In this document: piece after piece, positions 49,433-61,676 of the stretch | How the letters are laid out: every line of letters begins with the position of its first letter | How positions within the stretch are numbered: the first letter of the stretch is position 1 | Assembly (NCBI RefSeq): GCF_000315625.1 | Contig: NW_005434661.1 | Location: 768,345-832,344, forward strand | Origin: Guillardia theta CCMP2712 | Taxonomy: Eukaryota; Protista; Cryptophyta | Reading direction: 5' to 3' | Length of the DNA: 64,000 bases | Translations under genes and position numbers: made by a program | Notes under the pieces: model-generated | Told to the model about the DNA's origin: nothing | The model's database searches: none | Seen by the model: the letters and a program-made list of their open reading frames with translations, nothing else

Positions 49433-52385
49433 GGAAGGGTTGCGCAGGGAGTTGAGAGCATCCTCGGGGTTGTGGTGACCTCTTGCATCAACGTCAGCAT
49501 GTTGTCCGTGCTGATCATCTTGGAATATTTTGCGTACGCCCTCCTCGAGAATCTCGACATGATCCTCGCCTTGAACACCACTAGCAACGTCCACAAGTCA
49601 TCCATGGGGCAGGAGCAGCAGGAGAACTTTCACCAATCTCGTGAAGGACTTGATCGAGGAAGAGGTGGTTGACAAGAACTGCAAGACCGTCCTCACTGAA
49701 CGAAGGTCAGAGGATGAGCAGCAGCCTGTGGGAACGAAATCTTCTCACTTTGACATTCGCTCGAACTGCGCGACGACATTGGAATAAGCGTCCATGATGA
49801 TACCAACCATGACTGCAGGAGAAATTGTGTGAGAAAGAAATACAGATGATAGTAAAGAAGTGAATGAGAGTGGAAAAGAATCAGCACAAGGAGGAGGGAG
49901 GAGGAGGAGGAGGAGGAGGAGGAGGAGACGCAGGGGCAGGGGCAGGGGCAGGGGCAGGGGCAGGGGCAGGGGCAGGGGCAGGGGCAGGAGGAGGTGCATG
50001 GGCTGTGTGAAACATCATTCCAAGTTCTGACCGTTAAGAGCCACAAAGACCATGACGATGAGAAAGATGTAGTAGAAGAGCAAAGCTTCTGCTGGGCCTG
50101 CCAGGAAAACAAGGCGGATCAGAACTCGAGGGGATGAGGTCAGGGAGTAACGGGAGGAGGAGAGGAGAGGAGCAGACGGTAGGACCAGGAAGCAGAAACA
50201 GGTAGGAGGGAATGGAACAAGGAACAAGAGGAGGGAGAGAGGAGGGAGAGATGGGAAGCAGAGAGAGAATGCAGTGAAGCGAAGGAGGAGTGAATGGAGG
50301 AAGTCGATCGAAAGGGATCGCGGATGGCAGGGTCACCATTTCCCGTCTCGTCCTTGGGAAGGCTGTCAAAGACCAGCTCCCTCCCACTCAGCCCGAGGAA
50401 GAGCTGGACCATGGACTCGAAGGCTGCCCCGATGGTGCTGAAGTTCGGGTTGCGATACCCCAGGATAGAAACAGCGATGATGGACCACAGGAGGAGCAGG
50501 CAGACGATGATGAGGAGGTACTGGAGGATTTCCTGCAGCTCTAGTCAACCCCCCCATGCCATCCTCCTCCTCTTTCTCAGAGAAGCATTACCTTGCGCAT
50601 GAGGACGAGAGTTTGTGTGAGGACAGAGAGGTGGATGTTGATCCGGAAGTAGTTCAGCAGCTTGATGGTTGACAGCGCTGCGACGATACCGCAGAGGGTG
50701 AAGTAAGACTCGACGATCGTCGACGACATGGACAGCTCCAGCCTTTCAGTCCCAGAGAAGATTCCATCGGCCGTGACCCTCAAATTCGGTGCGAGAGGCG
50801 TGAAGATCATGTAGGCACGGATGGCGATGAGGATGGCGATGAGGATGAAGTAGATCCAGTCGTAGATCGTCCAGAAGTTCAACAGGATGGAAGTGTAGCT
50901 CTGGTTCATGGCTCTGAGGACGCTGTAGTCTCTAATCTCCTGCACCAGGTACCCCAGGAAGCAAGTAAGGAAAACCAGCTCGAGCCCCAGCCGCATGTAG
51001 TCAGTCCTGCAAGCGTACTTGTTGATCTCCATGGCCTCGATGAAGTAGGAGGTCGTGACCTGCCCCCCCAGCGAGATCTCCGCGTACAACTCTACTTGCA
51101 TCAGCAGACCCAAGTTGGGATTGTGACCGACAAAGTCCGTCCTGAGCCACCTTGTCCCGTTGTTGACCCACAGGTTGTCCCTCAAACTCTGCATCTTCGT
51201 CCGGCTCTCCTCCAGCTGACCGAGGCCCCCGAAGTACTCATAGTAACCGTTCTCGAAGATTGACTTGGACTCGTATGTGTACACGATGCTTGAGTTCTGT
51301 GCGCCCCTGGTATCCGAGCTTCAGGTGACTCAACTGCCTACCACGGAGCTCAATGGTTACCTGAAAGGAGATTTGTCGACTGCCCCGCAACATCGCGCAG
51401 CCAGGTAAGTCTGACCATAGCAAGTGCTTTGGAAGGGCTTGAACTTCGGGGCCTGCAAATGGACAAGTCAAAAGAGCATCAGCAGAGGGAACTTGGAGGA
51501 GGAGACGTGCCTGAAACATGCATGTGTCTGGTGCTACCCTGCGTTGGGTGATACGGAAACCACCATTCAGCCTAATATGCGACATGACGACTTGCTGATC
51601 GATCTTGCTGGCTACTTTGTCGTTGTAGTATGTGCTAACGTAAAAGCTATCGAGCAAGACTGTTTGGTGCCAGTTCCACCAATCTTCAACCGAGGCCACG
51701 TCGTACCAAGTCTTGAACTGATAGGATGTATCTCGGTAAGGAGGCTCCACCAACACATTCATCACGGCAGATCTCATTCCGTTGGTAGCATATGCATTTC
51801 TCTGCATCAAGATGACTACAAACATGATCGTGAAGAATCCAGCGAACCTGCGATGAGACGATTACAACAAGAAAACAGAGACGACGAGAATCACTTGCAG
51901 AATTGACGAAACAATGTTGACTGAGAGATCAACTGTCTGCAAACAATTTTGACTTTCGTTATGTTCACATGGCTATATTCTGCAACGCCAAGAATGGCGT
52001 CGTAATCTGTCTTGGGGTCATACCCAGGTTTGGTCCTTCCAAATCGATACAGCGACTTTCTTAGAGTCGTATCCTTGCGCCTCTTCCTGAAGCTGGAGTG
52101 GGAGCCACGGCCATTGCTCAACAAGTCACTATTCGAACCTTCGTGTTCCGTGGGATGGCTGTCTCCGTTCGCTGGACTCCCCACCTCTCCGCCAGCCTCT
52201 CCTCCGTTCTCATCCCCTGTCTTCGATGTGCCATTGGAGTTGCGCAGCTTGGGAAGGAGCTTCTTGGGAGGAGTGATGCTGATCTCCTTCGCGGCATGAC
52301 CTTCTCCTCCTTCTACCGCCACCACAACTCCATTCATTCTTCCTCCTACGTCTCCTACCCCTCCTCCTCCCCTCGGCTCTTCCAT
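48480..52385 (-). CDS. PKD2: Polycystin-2 (TRPP) cation channel, multi-exon (3' end approximate)
   Basis: GGFRITQRRV, LRDNLWVNNGTRWLRTDF..HNPNL, NFWTIYDWI, IKLLNYFRIN..LSVLTQTL, FSTIGAAFESMVQLFLG and VMVGIIMDAY. Confidence 0.85.
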
Positions 52386-52759
52386 GACCCCTGATCGCCG
52401 ATGAGCAAGTTTGACAAGTGCCATCTGACGATCAGGTCCGCCTCAGGATATGATAGTCATGGGCCCGGCCAGTCGTTGGGCCGATCCGGCGATGGGACCG
52501 TACTGAACGGTCGGACCGGCCGCGGGCCGGATGGCCCGCTCAGCTCGGCCACTGCCCGGCCAGGGCCGGCCAGGGCTGCCAGTCGGAGTCGGAGCACCAC
52601 TGGATGAAGGATCTCCAGTTCGTAAGTTTCACTGAGTTCTGATCTTTTACTGACAGTGTAAGCCTCTGGCTTCAGATCAAAGAGAAGTTTCATAATGGCG
52701 GATCAGTCGGATGTATCAGGTTCATCTCTCTATCCCTCTATAGCAGTTCCCTCAGATCC

Positions 52760-53599
52760 TCATCCTACTTTCTGATTCATCCCTTCAACCCCATGCTCCG
52801 AGAAAGGGATGTTATTGAACACACAGTGAATACCCTGCCTGCTCCGCGTCTATCAGAACAGATGTTCCCCTTTCTCTCTGCACTCACATACCTCACGTGC
52901 TCGATCGTGTTCTCTGGCAGGTTGTCCACAGCAAAGAACTGCAGATCGTCACATTTGTCTGGCTCGTTGTTTACTATCGGTCCCTTCCAACTGTTGACCA
53001 TGCAAAAGAAGTCCATGTATTCTCCTGCAGTGGGAATGAGAAGAAGCATCGTCCATGCTCAATGATGTTCATCCTCACTCTTCTTGTTCAGTCGGTGCAT
53101 CGTTGACATCACGGAGATTTCTGCTGGATCTACCTCGATCCCTAGCTCTTCTTTCGCCTTTGCAAGGAATCAAACAGCAGAACGAAGTGCAAAAACAGCA
53201 CAACATAGGAAAAGGAAAAAATCAATTTTCTGTTGTTCTTCGGTCTCATCCAAGACAGATCAAGCAATAGCTACCCTGCACTCTCATGTTTCTCGAATTC
53301 ACATGAATTCAATAAAAATCCTGGCCCTTTGTCTCTCTCATTACAAAATCGTCATCACTCGTTACTCACTGGACATTTTGCCATCTTTTCAACTGATGCA
53401 TTACCTCTCTCATCACGGTCTCGTGGATCCGTTCCGTCGGCCTTACATGGCCGGCAGGTAAACCATACCAACCATCCATAAATCCAGTGTTGAATCTCCT
53501 GCTCAGCAAGATCATGGACTTGCTGTCCTTCAGCGCTGTCTTGGGATCTACAATCTTTTCCTTCATCTTCATCATCATTCCTCCCGTCGCTGTCGCCAT
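52760..53599 (-). CDS. NUDIX hydrolase (bacterial MutT-like subtype), multi-exon
   Basis: ILLSRRFNTGFMDGWYGLPAG; intact Nudix box GHVRPTERIHETVMRE|AKEELG across an intron; WKGPIVNNEPDKC. Confidence 0.85.
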
Positions 53600-53649
53600 G
53601 TCTTGCCGAATGATCATGTTCGCAGCTGCGAACAAGTGAGCTATACGCC

Positions 53650-54030
53650 CCATTTCACCGACACAGGTTCACCCCCACCCCCTCAATTGGATGAATCAAC
53701 ATACCACCCCCTCTTTCCGAAACAGAAGAATCACCCTCTACCCCAAAATTTATTATACAGGTGGTGGTACCACCAACGTTTCCTCTATCATATACCCCAC
53801 CTTGGGAGTTCACCCCTGCCCTTGTTCTGTCATGAGGGGTGGGTTGAACACGACCACCCGTACCACTTCACTGACAATGAAGGCCACTTCTTGTAGCTCT
53901 GGTTCACCCATCATCCCCGTGGCACTGCCGGCAAGGCTCACCGGGCCGGGCGGTAAATCCGATCACTGACTCACATGCTACCGTGACCCGGCGGGTATCA
54001 GTGACTACTTGCAGTAGCTAGGACTCCGGG
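53650..54030. promoter_or_regulatory. Divergent intergenic ACCCC block plus GGCC/CCGG block
   Basis: Same two-part composition as the other divergent gaps. Confidence 0.5.
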
Positions 54031-54269
54031 GCTAAAATTCCGATGTACGTAACATATAAATAATGCCGTACTGTCACACAGTACCGAGAGTTGTCCGTCA
54101 CTTAAAGGGTGATCTCCCTTTCAGTAAAAGTACGGGTTCTTTTGTAACACAAATTGCAAAAGATGTAGTAGATACGAATATTGTACCAGACGAATTTGTA
54201 CCAGATGCTTGATTCTTGTGTACCAACAGACTAACAGTGGTCTTGGTCCCTCCAGCTGGACGAGATTCT

Positions 54270-57200
54270 ATGGCAGGGGGTATGATGACAGCCGGCGAGC
54301 TCCTGCTCGTAGCAATGGCGTTCCTGCTGAGCAGCGCACCTTGTTGTGACGCGAGAGTAAGCAAGGAAGAGTTCGAACATGGTTTTCGGCATGGAGAAAG
54401 GCGTTCTGTGGTTGCCAAGAACCTTCCCGGAAGACCTCTCATGATTCACAACCCCGACACTTTGCTGCTTCATCATACAGAAGACAGAGCACATGCAAAG
54501 CTCAAGACTCGATTCCGACAAGACTCGACCATTGCTCAGCAACAGATTGTGTTTGAGAAATCAAGCAAGAGTCATTACCTCGTTCGAGTGAAATATCCTG
54601 CTCCTGCAGATATGCTCTCCCAGTTGAAGGCCACCAGCGGAGACGACTTTGTGCAATACATTCCATACGATACGTATGTGGTTGCCATGGAACTTTCTAG
54701 GAAACTTGACGTTGCAAACATGGAGTATGTGGAGTCGATTTATCACCTCCCGTCGAGCATGAAGATATCCAACGACCTGCAGGATTACATCTCGTTGGCG
54801 ATGAGATCGCTCTCAGCCAAGCAGCCCGAGACAGTCATCAACAGCAACCCCCAGCACCCTGAGAAGCGAGGCACCCTAGACAACAGCCACAAGAAACACA
54901 AGAGAAACCAGGGAAACGCGAAGTCTCAGACCAAACAAGACAAATATGGACATGGCAAAGTGAAGGGAGCACCGGCTGGACCTGATGAGAGCGTATTTCT
55001 TGAGGCAGCCATCTCAGTTCATCCCAATCATCTGTCTCTAACTAATATGCTCCGATTGTTGGAAAACGCTTTCAGCACAAGTTATGGCAAGATCGCTCAA
55101 GTATGGGCGAAAACGAGCAGCAAGCTGACGATTGAAACCAACGCGCAAAATGTTGTGAAGGTTGTAGAGCACTTGGCCAATCAAGCATCGGTGAAATGGA
55201 TGGAAAAGAGGAAAGGGTACCGCACTATGAACAAGTATTCTTCTTTGATCGTTCAAGGGACCTATAGGTGGCAACCAACCCAAACCAAACTGGAACAGCT
55301 CGGGTTGAACGGAACAGGGCAAACAGTGGGAATAGCAGACACAGGCATTGATTTTGACTCTTGCTTTTTCCATGACCCCAAAGTCGAGGTCTTGGTGTGT
55401 TTGGATTGTTATTTCTCTGACGTTTGTAGCAAAATATGCCCTGCTCAACCCCGTCACCGTAAGATTTTGTCCTACAACTCCTACGCCCCTCCTACACTCT
55501 TTCCTCAGTCTTATGACTCGTATCATGGTCACGGCACGCACGTGTCCGGTATCGTTGCTGGCGCCGCTGGTCCCATCAACACTCTTGCTACTCAGTATAA
55601 TGGATCAGCTCCAGGTGCAAAGATCGTGTTCGAAGATGTCTCGAGTTCGGAGCCTTACCTCAACTACCTGCCATGGGATCTCGGCTCCAGTCTGTTTGCT
55701 CACGCATATAACAACGGAGCGAAGATTCATTCAAATTCGTGGGGTGGTAGTCCTTCTGAATACGATTTCCAGTGCATGGAAATCGATGCATTCATGTATA
55801 GCATTGACGATTTTCTGGTTGTCTTTGCTGCAGGGAATAGCGGTCCCAATCACTTCTCTATTGGCAGTCCAGGGAATGCCAAGAACATTCTATCGGTAGG
55901 ATCAAGCTTGAACTCCCGTGAGTCGTACGTGGCGCATGGTTATGGTACCTACTTCAACCTCTCCATGCTGCTCTCTGATGGCTCAAAGGAGAGAATGGTT
56001 GACATCCTGCCTGCCTCCTTCGGAGCTCCGCTGACCCCCGACATGGAACCAATCAACGCTTCGATAGTGGGTCAAGAGTTTTACAGCTGGTGCGATCCGT
56101 CTGCTCCGTGGTGCATGAATATAGAGTCATTGCTGTGCCTGCAGCGTCCGAACTCGAACTCAACTTGCTCGAGTCAGAATTCACCTGAACCTAAGATTTC
56201 AATGAGGTGGTCGGACATCCAGACAGTTGCAAGCCTTGGAAACGTTCAATCCAGCATTCGATTCCAGGATTTCAAGTCATGTTTTGTTGAGCCTTGGGCT
56301 TCACAGTCAACATGTACGTTCTCAATGTACGTCAACAGAATATCTGGCGGCGATGTTGATCTCATGATTCAAGTGCCCTTGCAGTACTGGATGGGCAGCC
56401 ATAGCGTTACTAATGTCAAGGGAATCACTGTTGCTGGTAACTATATTCCAATGGATTTCAGCATGTCAGACAGTCAGTCTTGTGGACAATCAATTAGTAC
56501 AACCTACAGGATACCACCGCAAGTGTCAGGAACGATTCAGATCATCGTTTACTTTGACCAATCGATGATGTACGCATATGCTTGCATCACGTCGGGAGTC
56601 ACCTTCACGATGATTTCTCATGACAATACCTTATGGGACATCTTGTATGACTCGTTTACCTCTCAGGAATACAAGTACAATTACAACCCACAGATGTACG
56701 TTGATTTGCAGACTGACTTTGATTTTTGTATTTTTGGAGAAAATGCCAAAAGTCGAACCTATTTAACGAGACATTCTCTGAGATTTGCTCATTCCGACAA
56801 TTTGTTATACTCACAATTCATTTTCAACAATGACTATGAGTCATATCCAGTGTTCATGGCAGGAAAGAAAGTTCAAGACCATGGTATAAAGGGGTACACT
56901 ATCTACATCAAGAGCCATAATGTGGAAAACTCACATGATGAAGAATCGCAAATTACTTTGTATGAGAATAATAGCATTACTTACACCGTTATTACCCCGG
57001 TACAAAATGATGATGACTCCTTTTCATTTTCCATTTCTAAAGGGTATTCTATCTTCTCAGGTTTTGTCAACATCAACAAGACGGTGACTTTAACAGGCTT
57101 CTCTAATCCATTGAGCGATTACTTTCGAGGCTTCTTCAAAGGCAGCATGGTTGCTTCTCCTTTCACAGGTTATTGCGATGAAGTGCTCATGGCCTGGAAT

Positions 57201-60200
57201 GCTCAGAACATGGGAGCCCCTGCACTGATCTTGTACGAACCTTCGGTCCAATTTCCTCCCCCTCTTTTGAAAGGAACAGAAGGCCTGAACGACATCTTGA
57301 AACATCAGATCAAAATACCAGTCGCTGGCATCTCAGGTTTGGACGCACTAAGACTGCTTTCGAAGTGGATTCAAGGAGGATCCTGCGCTTCAGGTTTTCC
57401 TTATCTCTGCCTCCGTTCTATGCAGCTGGCCAAGTTACCACTGGTTAGCAACGTTCGCTCAGGACAAGAGTACAAGCACACCGACTTATCGATCTTCTCA
57501 TCGCGAGGACCAACCTTTGATCTCAGAAACAAGCCAGACATCGTCGCTCCTGGTCAGAACATCTTCTCCGCTTCTTCCGATGGAATCCGCAACAGCTACC
57601 AGTGCGCTGACTCCGTCGGGCTCAACAAGAGCTGCATCCTCGAGATGAGCGGAACCTCCATGGCTACTCCAGCAATCGCCGGGGCAGCCGCCATAGTGAG
57701 GCAGTACTTCGAGGAGGGCTACCAGGTCACGGGCTCTCCCTCAGACGCGGATGGTGTCAACCCTTCCTCCGCGCTTGTCAAAGCTATGATCATTCAAAGC
57801 GGCAAGCCTCTGCGCCATGCTTACCAGTATGGGTCTAAGTTGGTGAGGAATGGTTTGTGGAGTTGGTTTCAAGTCTACGGAGGGTCTGAAGTTACATGGC
57901 AAGAGTCGACTGCAAGCCCTTCAGCGGAGCAGGGGTACGGGCTGCTTGACTTGTCGTCGGTCTTGTGGTTCGGAGCGGATTCAGACTTTGTGTTGAAGAC
58001 TTACGATCGGGTGCAGCTGTCTCAAGGTCAGGTCGTAGAGAAATGCTTCTCCGTCTCCGGCGGCTCTCAGTTCCGAGTCACTCTAGTGTGGACGGACCCC
58101 CCCGGGTCCCCTATGCCTCCAAGGCGCTCATGAGCGATCTCGACCTCGTGCTCATCGATAGCAGTGGCAACACCTTGTACGGCAACAACCGCTCGGGCTC
58201 GGACATGGACCGAACCAACAATGTCGAGCAGATCACCCTGCACCAGGCCCCCGCGGGGACCTATAGCGTCGTCGTGTCTGCCTATGACTTGCCTTGGGGG
58301 TCGCAGAACTTCGCGCTGGTGGTGACGGGGGCCATCACTGCCGAGACAAGCTGCAGCTCGTTGCCTCCCTGCCCTAACAGCTGCTCAGGGCACGGCACCT
58401 GTAGAGCCTCTGTGTGCGATTGTGCTGCAGGATACTACTCAGTTGATTGTAGTCAGTCACCTCGATGTGGAGATGGTGTTTTGACAGCTCCAGAGCAGTG
58501 CGACGACGGCAACTCAGTCTCAGGCGACGGCTGCTCGTCGACCTGTCAGGTGGAGCAAGGCTGGGAGTGCGACCAAGAGTTGTGGCCAGAAGTCAAGTCC
58601 TCCTGCTTCAAGTGCGCGTGCGGATGCCATAAATACAAGGAGGAGTCTGGCATTGTCAACGAGTCGAGTTTTGTCAACTACGTGGAATGCGTGTATGACA
58701 TCGAGCCGACTGGTTTGACTTCTATTCAATTTTCGTTTCCTGATATGTGGAACAATCCAAATCTCGACCTTGAGATCTACACCTGTGCCAACTCAGACTG
58801 TAGCCACTGGAGCTTCGATGGTTGGATATCAGGAACATACATGAGCCTGTGGTTGCCAGAATCATATTTGTACAAACGTGCTTTCAGAGTCATGTCGTCA
58901 AAGGTGAGGGTGGTTTCTTACAGCCCGTTCGTGCTCAAGTATGGACCCATCGTGTATGACGTGTGCGGCGATGGCATTCAAGAAGGGCTGGAGGCGTGCG
59001 ATGACGGAAACCTCGTCGACGGCGACGGATGCTCATCGACTTGCAAGAAGGAATGCACGGCAGCACATTGCTGTCACATTGAATTGTCAACGCATGACGT
59101 CTTCACCAACATGTACAAGAACGAAGTTGTTCCTGGTGCCACTTGCGCCTCGTTCAGCATCTACGACAGCAACAACGGTATGGGCGAGATCGAGCTGGCA
59201 GTCATCCCTACCCTCCTGCTCCCAACCGTCTGCGAGCAACCAGGAGTCGACAACTCGTCGTCTACCAGCCTCAAATTCAACGGATCGCTTTCAACAAGTC
59301 AGTACAAGTTTGCAGCTGGAAACATCATGGGGGATTGGAGCTTGCTCTATCCTTCCTCTTTATCCAACGGCATGCAGAACATGGATGATGGTAACTGGCT
59401 GCTCCCGGACTTTGGCTTCGACTTTTGTGTGAATGGCAAGAACGTGAGGAATCGGACGTACATCAGTTCCAACTCCTACATCACCTTCTACAACGGCTTC
59501 TCCTTCTACTCTGGTCTGTCTGCTTCCTGGCCTCCCACACCCACCATGTTCATCGGGGGATCCGACACGTCGGCTCAGCTCGTGCTGACCAAGACAGTGT
59601 ATGAGGCGGGCATGCGAGGCTTTCTCGTTCGGTTTGAAGGTACAGCCTCAAGCAGCGGTCAGCTCGGCTGGCCCAACATCATCTGGGAGGCGACATTCTT
59701 CGAGGACAACCGCATCAGAGTGTCTGTCGGGCTCATGGCGAACAGCTACGGTCTCTCTCTGCTGAGCGATGGCAACGGCAAGATCCTCCTGCCTCTTGCC
59801 TTCCAGCAGAACTCAGCTGAGCTCCTGCACCTCAAGAACCTGTGCTCGTACAAGCAGCAGGTCGCGTGCGACAGACTTGAGTTGAGCTCGCAGGAGGAGA
59901 ATCAAGTCTTGTCCAACAAGTTTCAAGTCTTCCGCGGTCGCTCGCTCACCTTGAACTACTTCTCCACCGTCAACAATCGAACTGCATCGCCGTTTCCCTT
60001 CGAGCTGTCATGGGGAGGCAAGTCAAAGCCCATGTGCGGCAACGGGCTCCGAGACTGGATGTTCCGCAGGCTCACTATGGTGAGCTGCACTTCGACGACA
60101 TCTTACTGGTACACGTCAACGATCAATGACGGGACGGGACGAGTCTCCTCATGGAGTTACCGGATGTCTTCTTGCAATGCTCTTCTCAGTCTTCTGATCA

Positions 60201-60976
60201 ACTCAACGGGGCCCATGTACCTTCTCGTCGACATTGACTCGACCTCTCTCTACGGGAGTTCGATCATGAACGTCACTCTCAACGGCGTCAGCATCCCCTT
60301 CTCCTCTCCTGACCAGATGAGTCCCATGTGCGGGATGAAAGTTCCCATTGTCCTCACTCAAGTCCCCACCAACGTGCAGGGGTCGAAGCTCTCTCTGCAG
60401 ATCAACGTCATGTATCCTAACTGCTGGTACTGCTCCAACACTCCCTCCTGCCTCTACATCAACGCAGAGGCTATCCTCGCCACTCCTGACGTCTTCGAGC
60501 AGTGCGACGATGGCAACCAAGTCGACGGTGACGGATGCAGCAGCACGTGCACCATAGAGCCCGGGGCCACGTGCGACAGCTCCTTCAGCATCGGGTCGCT
60601 GCAGAGAGGGCCGGACGTCTGCCTCGGCAAGTACGGCAAGCAGGTGCCGGGAGGATGCTCCAACTGGATGGCGATGCTCAACTCGTCGACGTATCCGTTC
60701 CTGTGGGGTGAAGACCCGAGCTACAGGAACTGCTCGCTCCCTTACACGTGGGAAGAGATTGCCATTCCAGCTCTCAAGACCTGCTCAGTTCAGTACAAGA
60801 TGGGAGGCCTGGGGCTTCTCATGACGGATCAGTTTCAAGTTTGGATCTGCGTGAAGGATCACCCGTGTGCGTTGAGTGCGAGCAACCCTTACTTCTGCTT
60901 CGTCTACGATGAGGACAAGGAAAGGTTCATCCCTTGGGGAAGCAACTCCAAGCTTCAGCTCTTTCGACTTTCCTAG
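54270..60976 (+). CDS. Secreted S8 subtilase (KP-43/TagC-like) with PA-type insert, EGF-like, Myxococcus-type cysteine-rich repeats, CUB-like and NIDO-like domains; intronless, one frameshift near 58108
   Basis: Signal peptide; catalytic motifs GIADTGID, HGHGTHVSG, AAGNSG and GTSMATP; VTLVWTDPP and DLDL..NNVEQ; CPNSCSGHGTC; three CDDGN..GDGCSSTC repeats. Confidence 0.9.
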
Positions 60977-61676
60977 TGAGGATTGTTACTTCGGCGTGCT
61001 TGTTCGAACATTGTGATCATGATCGGATTGTTCTGTTGGTAATCTTATTTGCAATTATTCGCAATAAACGTTTATCATCATTTTCGTTTGAAAAGCATTT
61101 TGATCACGATCGCAGTGTAAAAGATGGGTTTTCACAACGATGCTCGTAGTCATCATGATCTGGTAGCAACTCTCTGTGCATGATCTTGTAGGCAACGTTC
61201 TTCATGCAGACCCTTCAGTTGGCACAAACAACTTGGCAGCCCCCAGAGTGCAGGGGAGGTCTGATTGCAGCAGCCGTAAAGCTGCAGATCACCGCAGGAT
61301 CGTCGTTATTCCTTGAGCACGTGAGCAGAACAGCAGCGGCCTCCATCGGAGATCAGGTTCATGCATGGGTGAACTTTCAGATTGAGAGCAAAATGAGATT
61401 GTCAGTAGACCCAATGCGATCAAGGCATACAGAAAGGAAGGAGAAGAGAGAGGAATGCAACTTGACAACAACTAAATGACGTTTGCTGCGCTGCAAAGAC
61501 CTGTGCAAAGACGCTCAGTTGTAGCAGCTTTCTAAGGGGTTTGTTGTATGAGCTCTTTACTGTATGAGCGTTTGATGTGGAACAAGCTTGCCTCAGACTC
61601 TGGATTCGTGAGAGGCAGTCCAACAATGTCCGTATAGACGAAATTGCTGCCCCCGTCGTCGTCCTCCACCGCGAGC

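Noticed and set aside
52155-52185. GSPANGDS in the PKD2 N-terminus resembles GPANGNGDS
   Set aside because: Only a short gapped match in low-complexity sequence, and it lacks the L[VI]TET part.
39000-53599. cdd and NUDIX as further members of a nucleotide/RNA-modification cluster with the tailing enzymes
   Set aside because: They are separated by many unrelated housekeeping genes and share no sequence feature.
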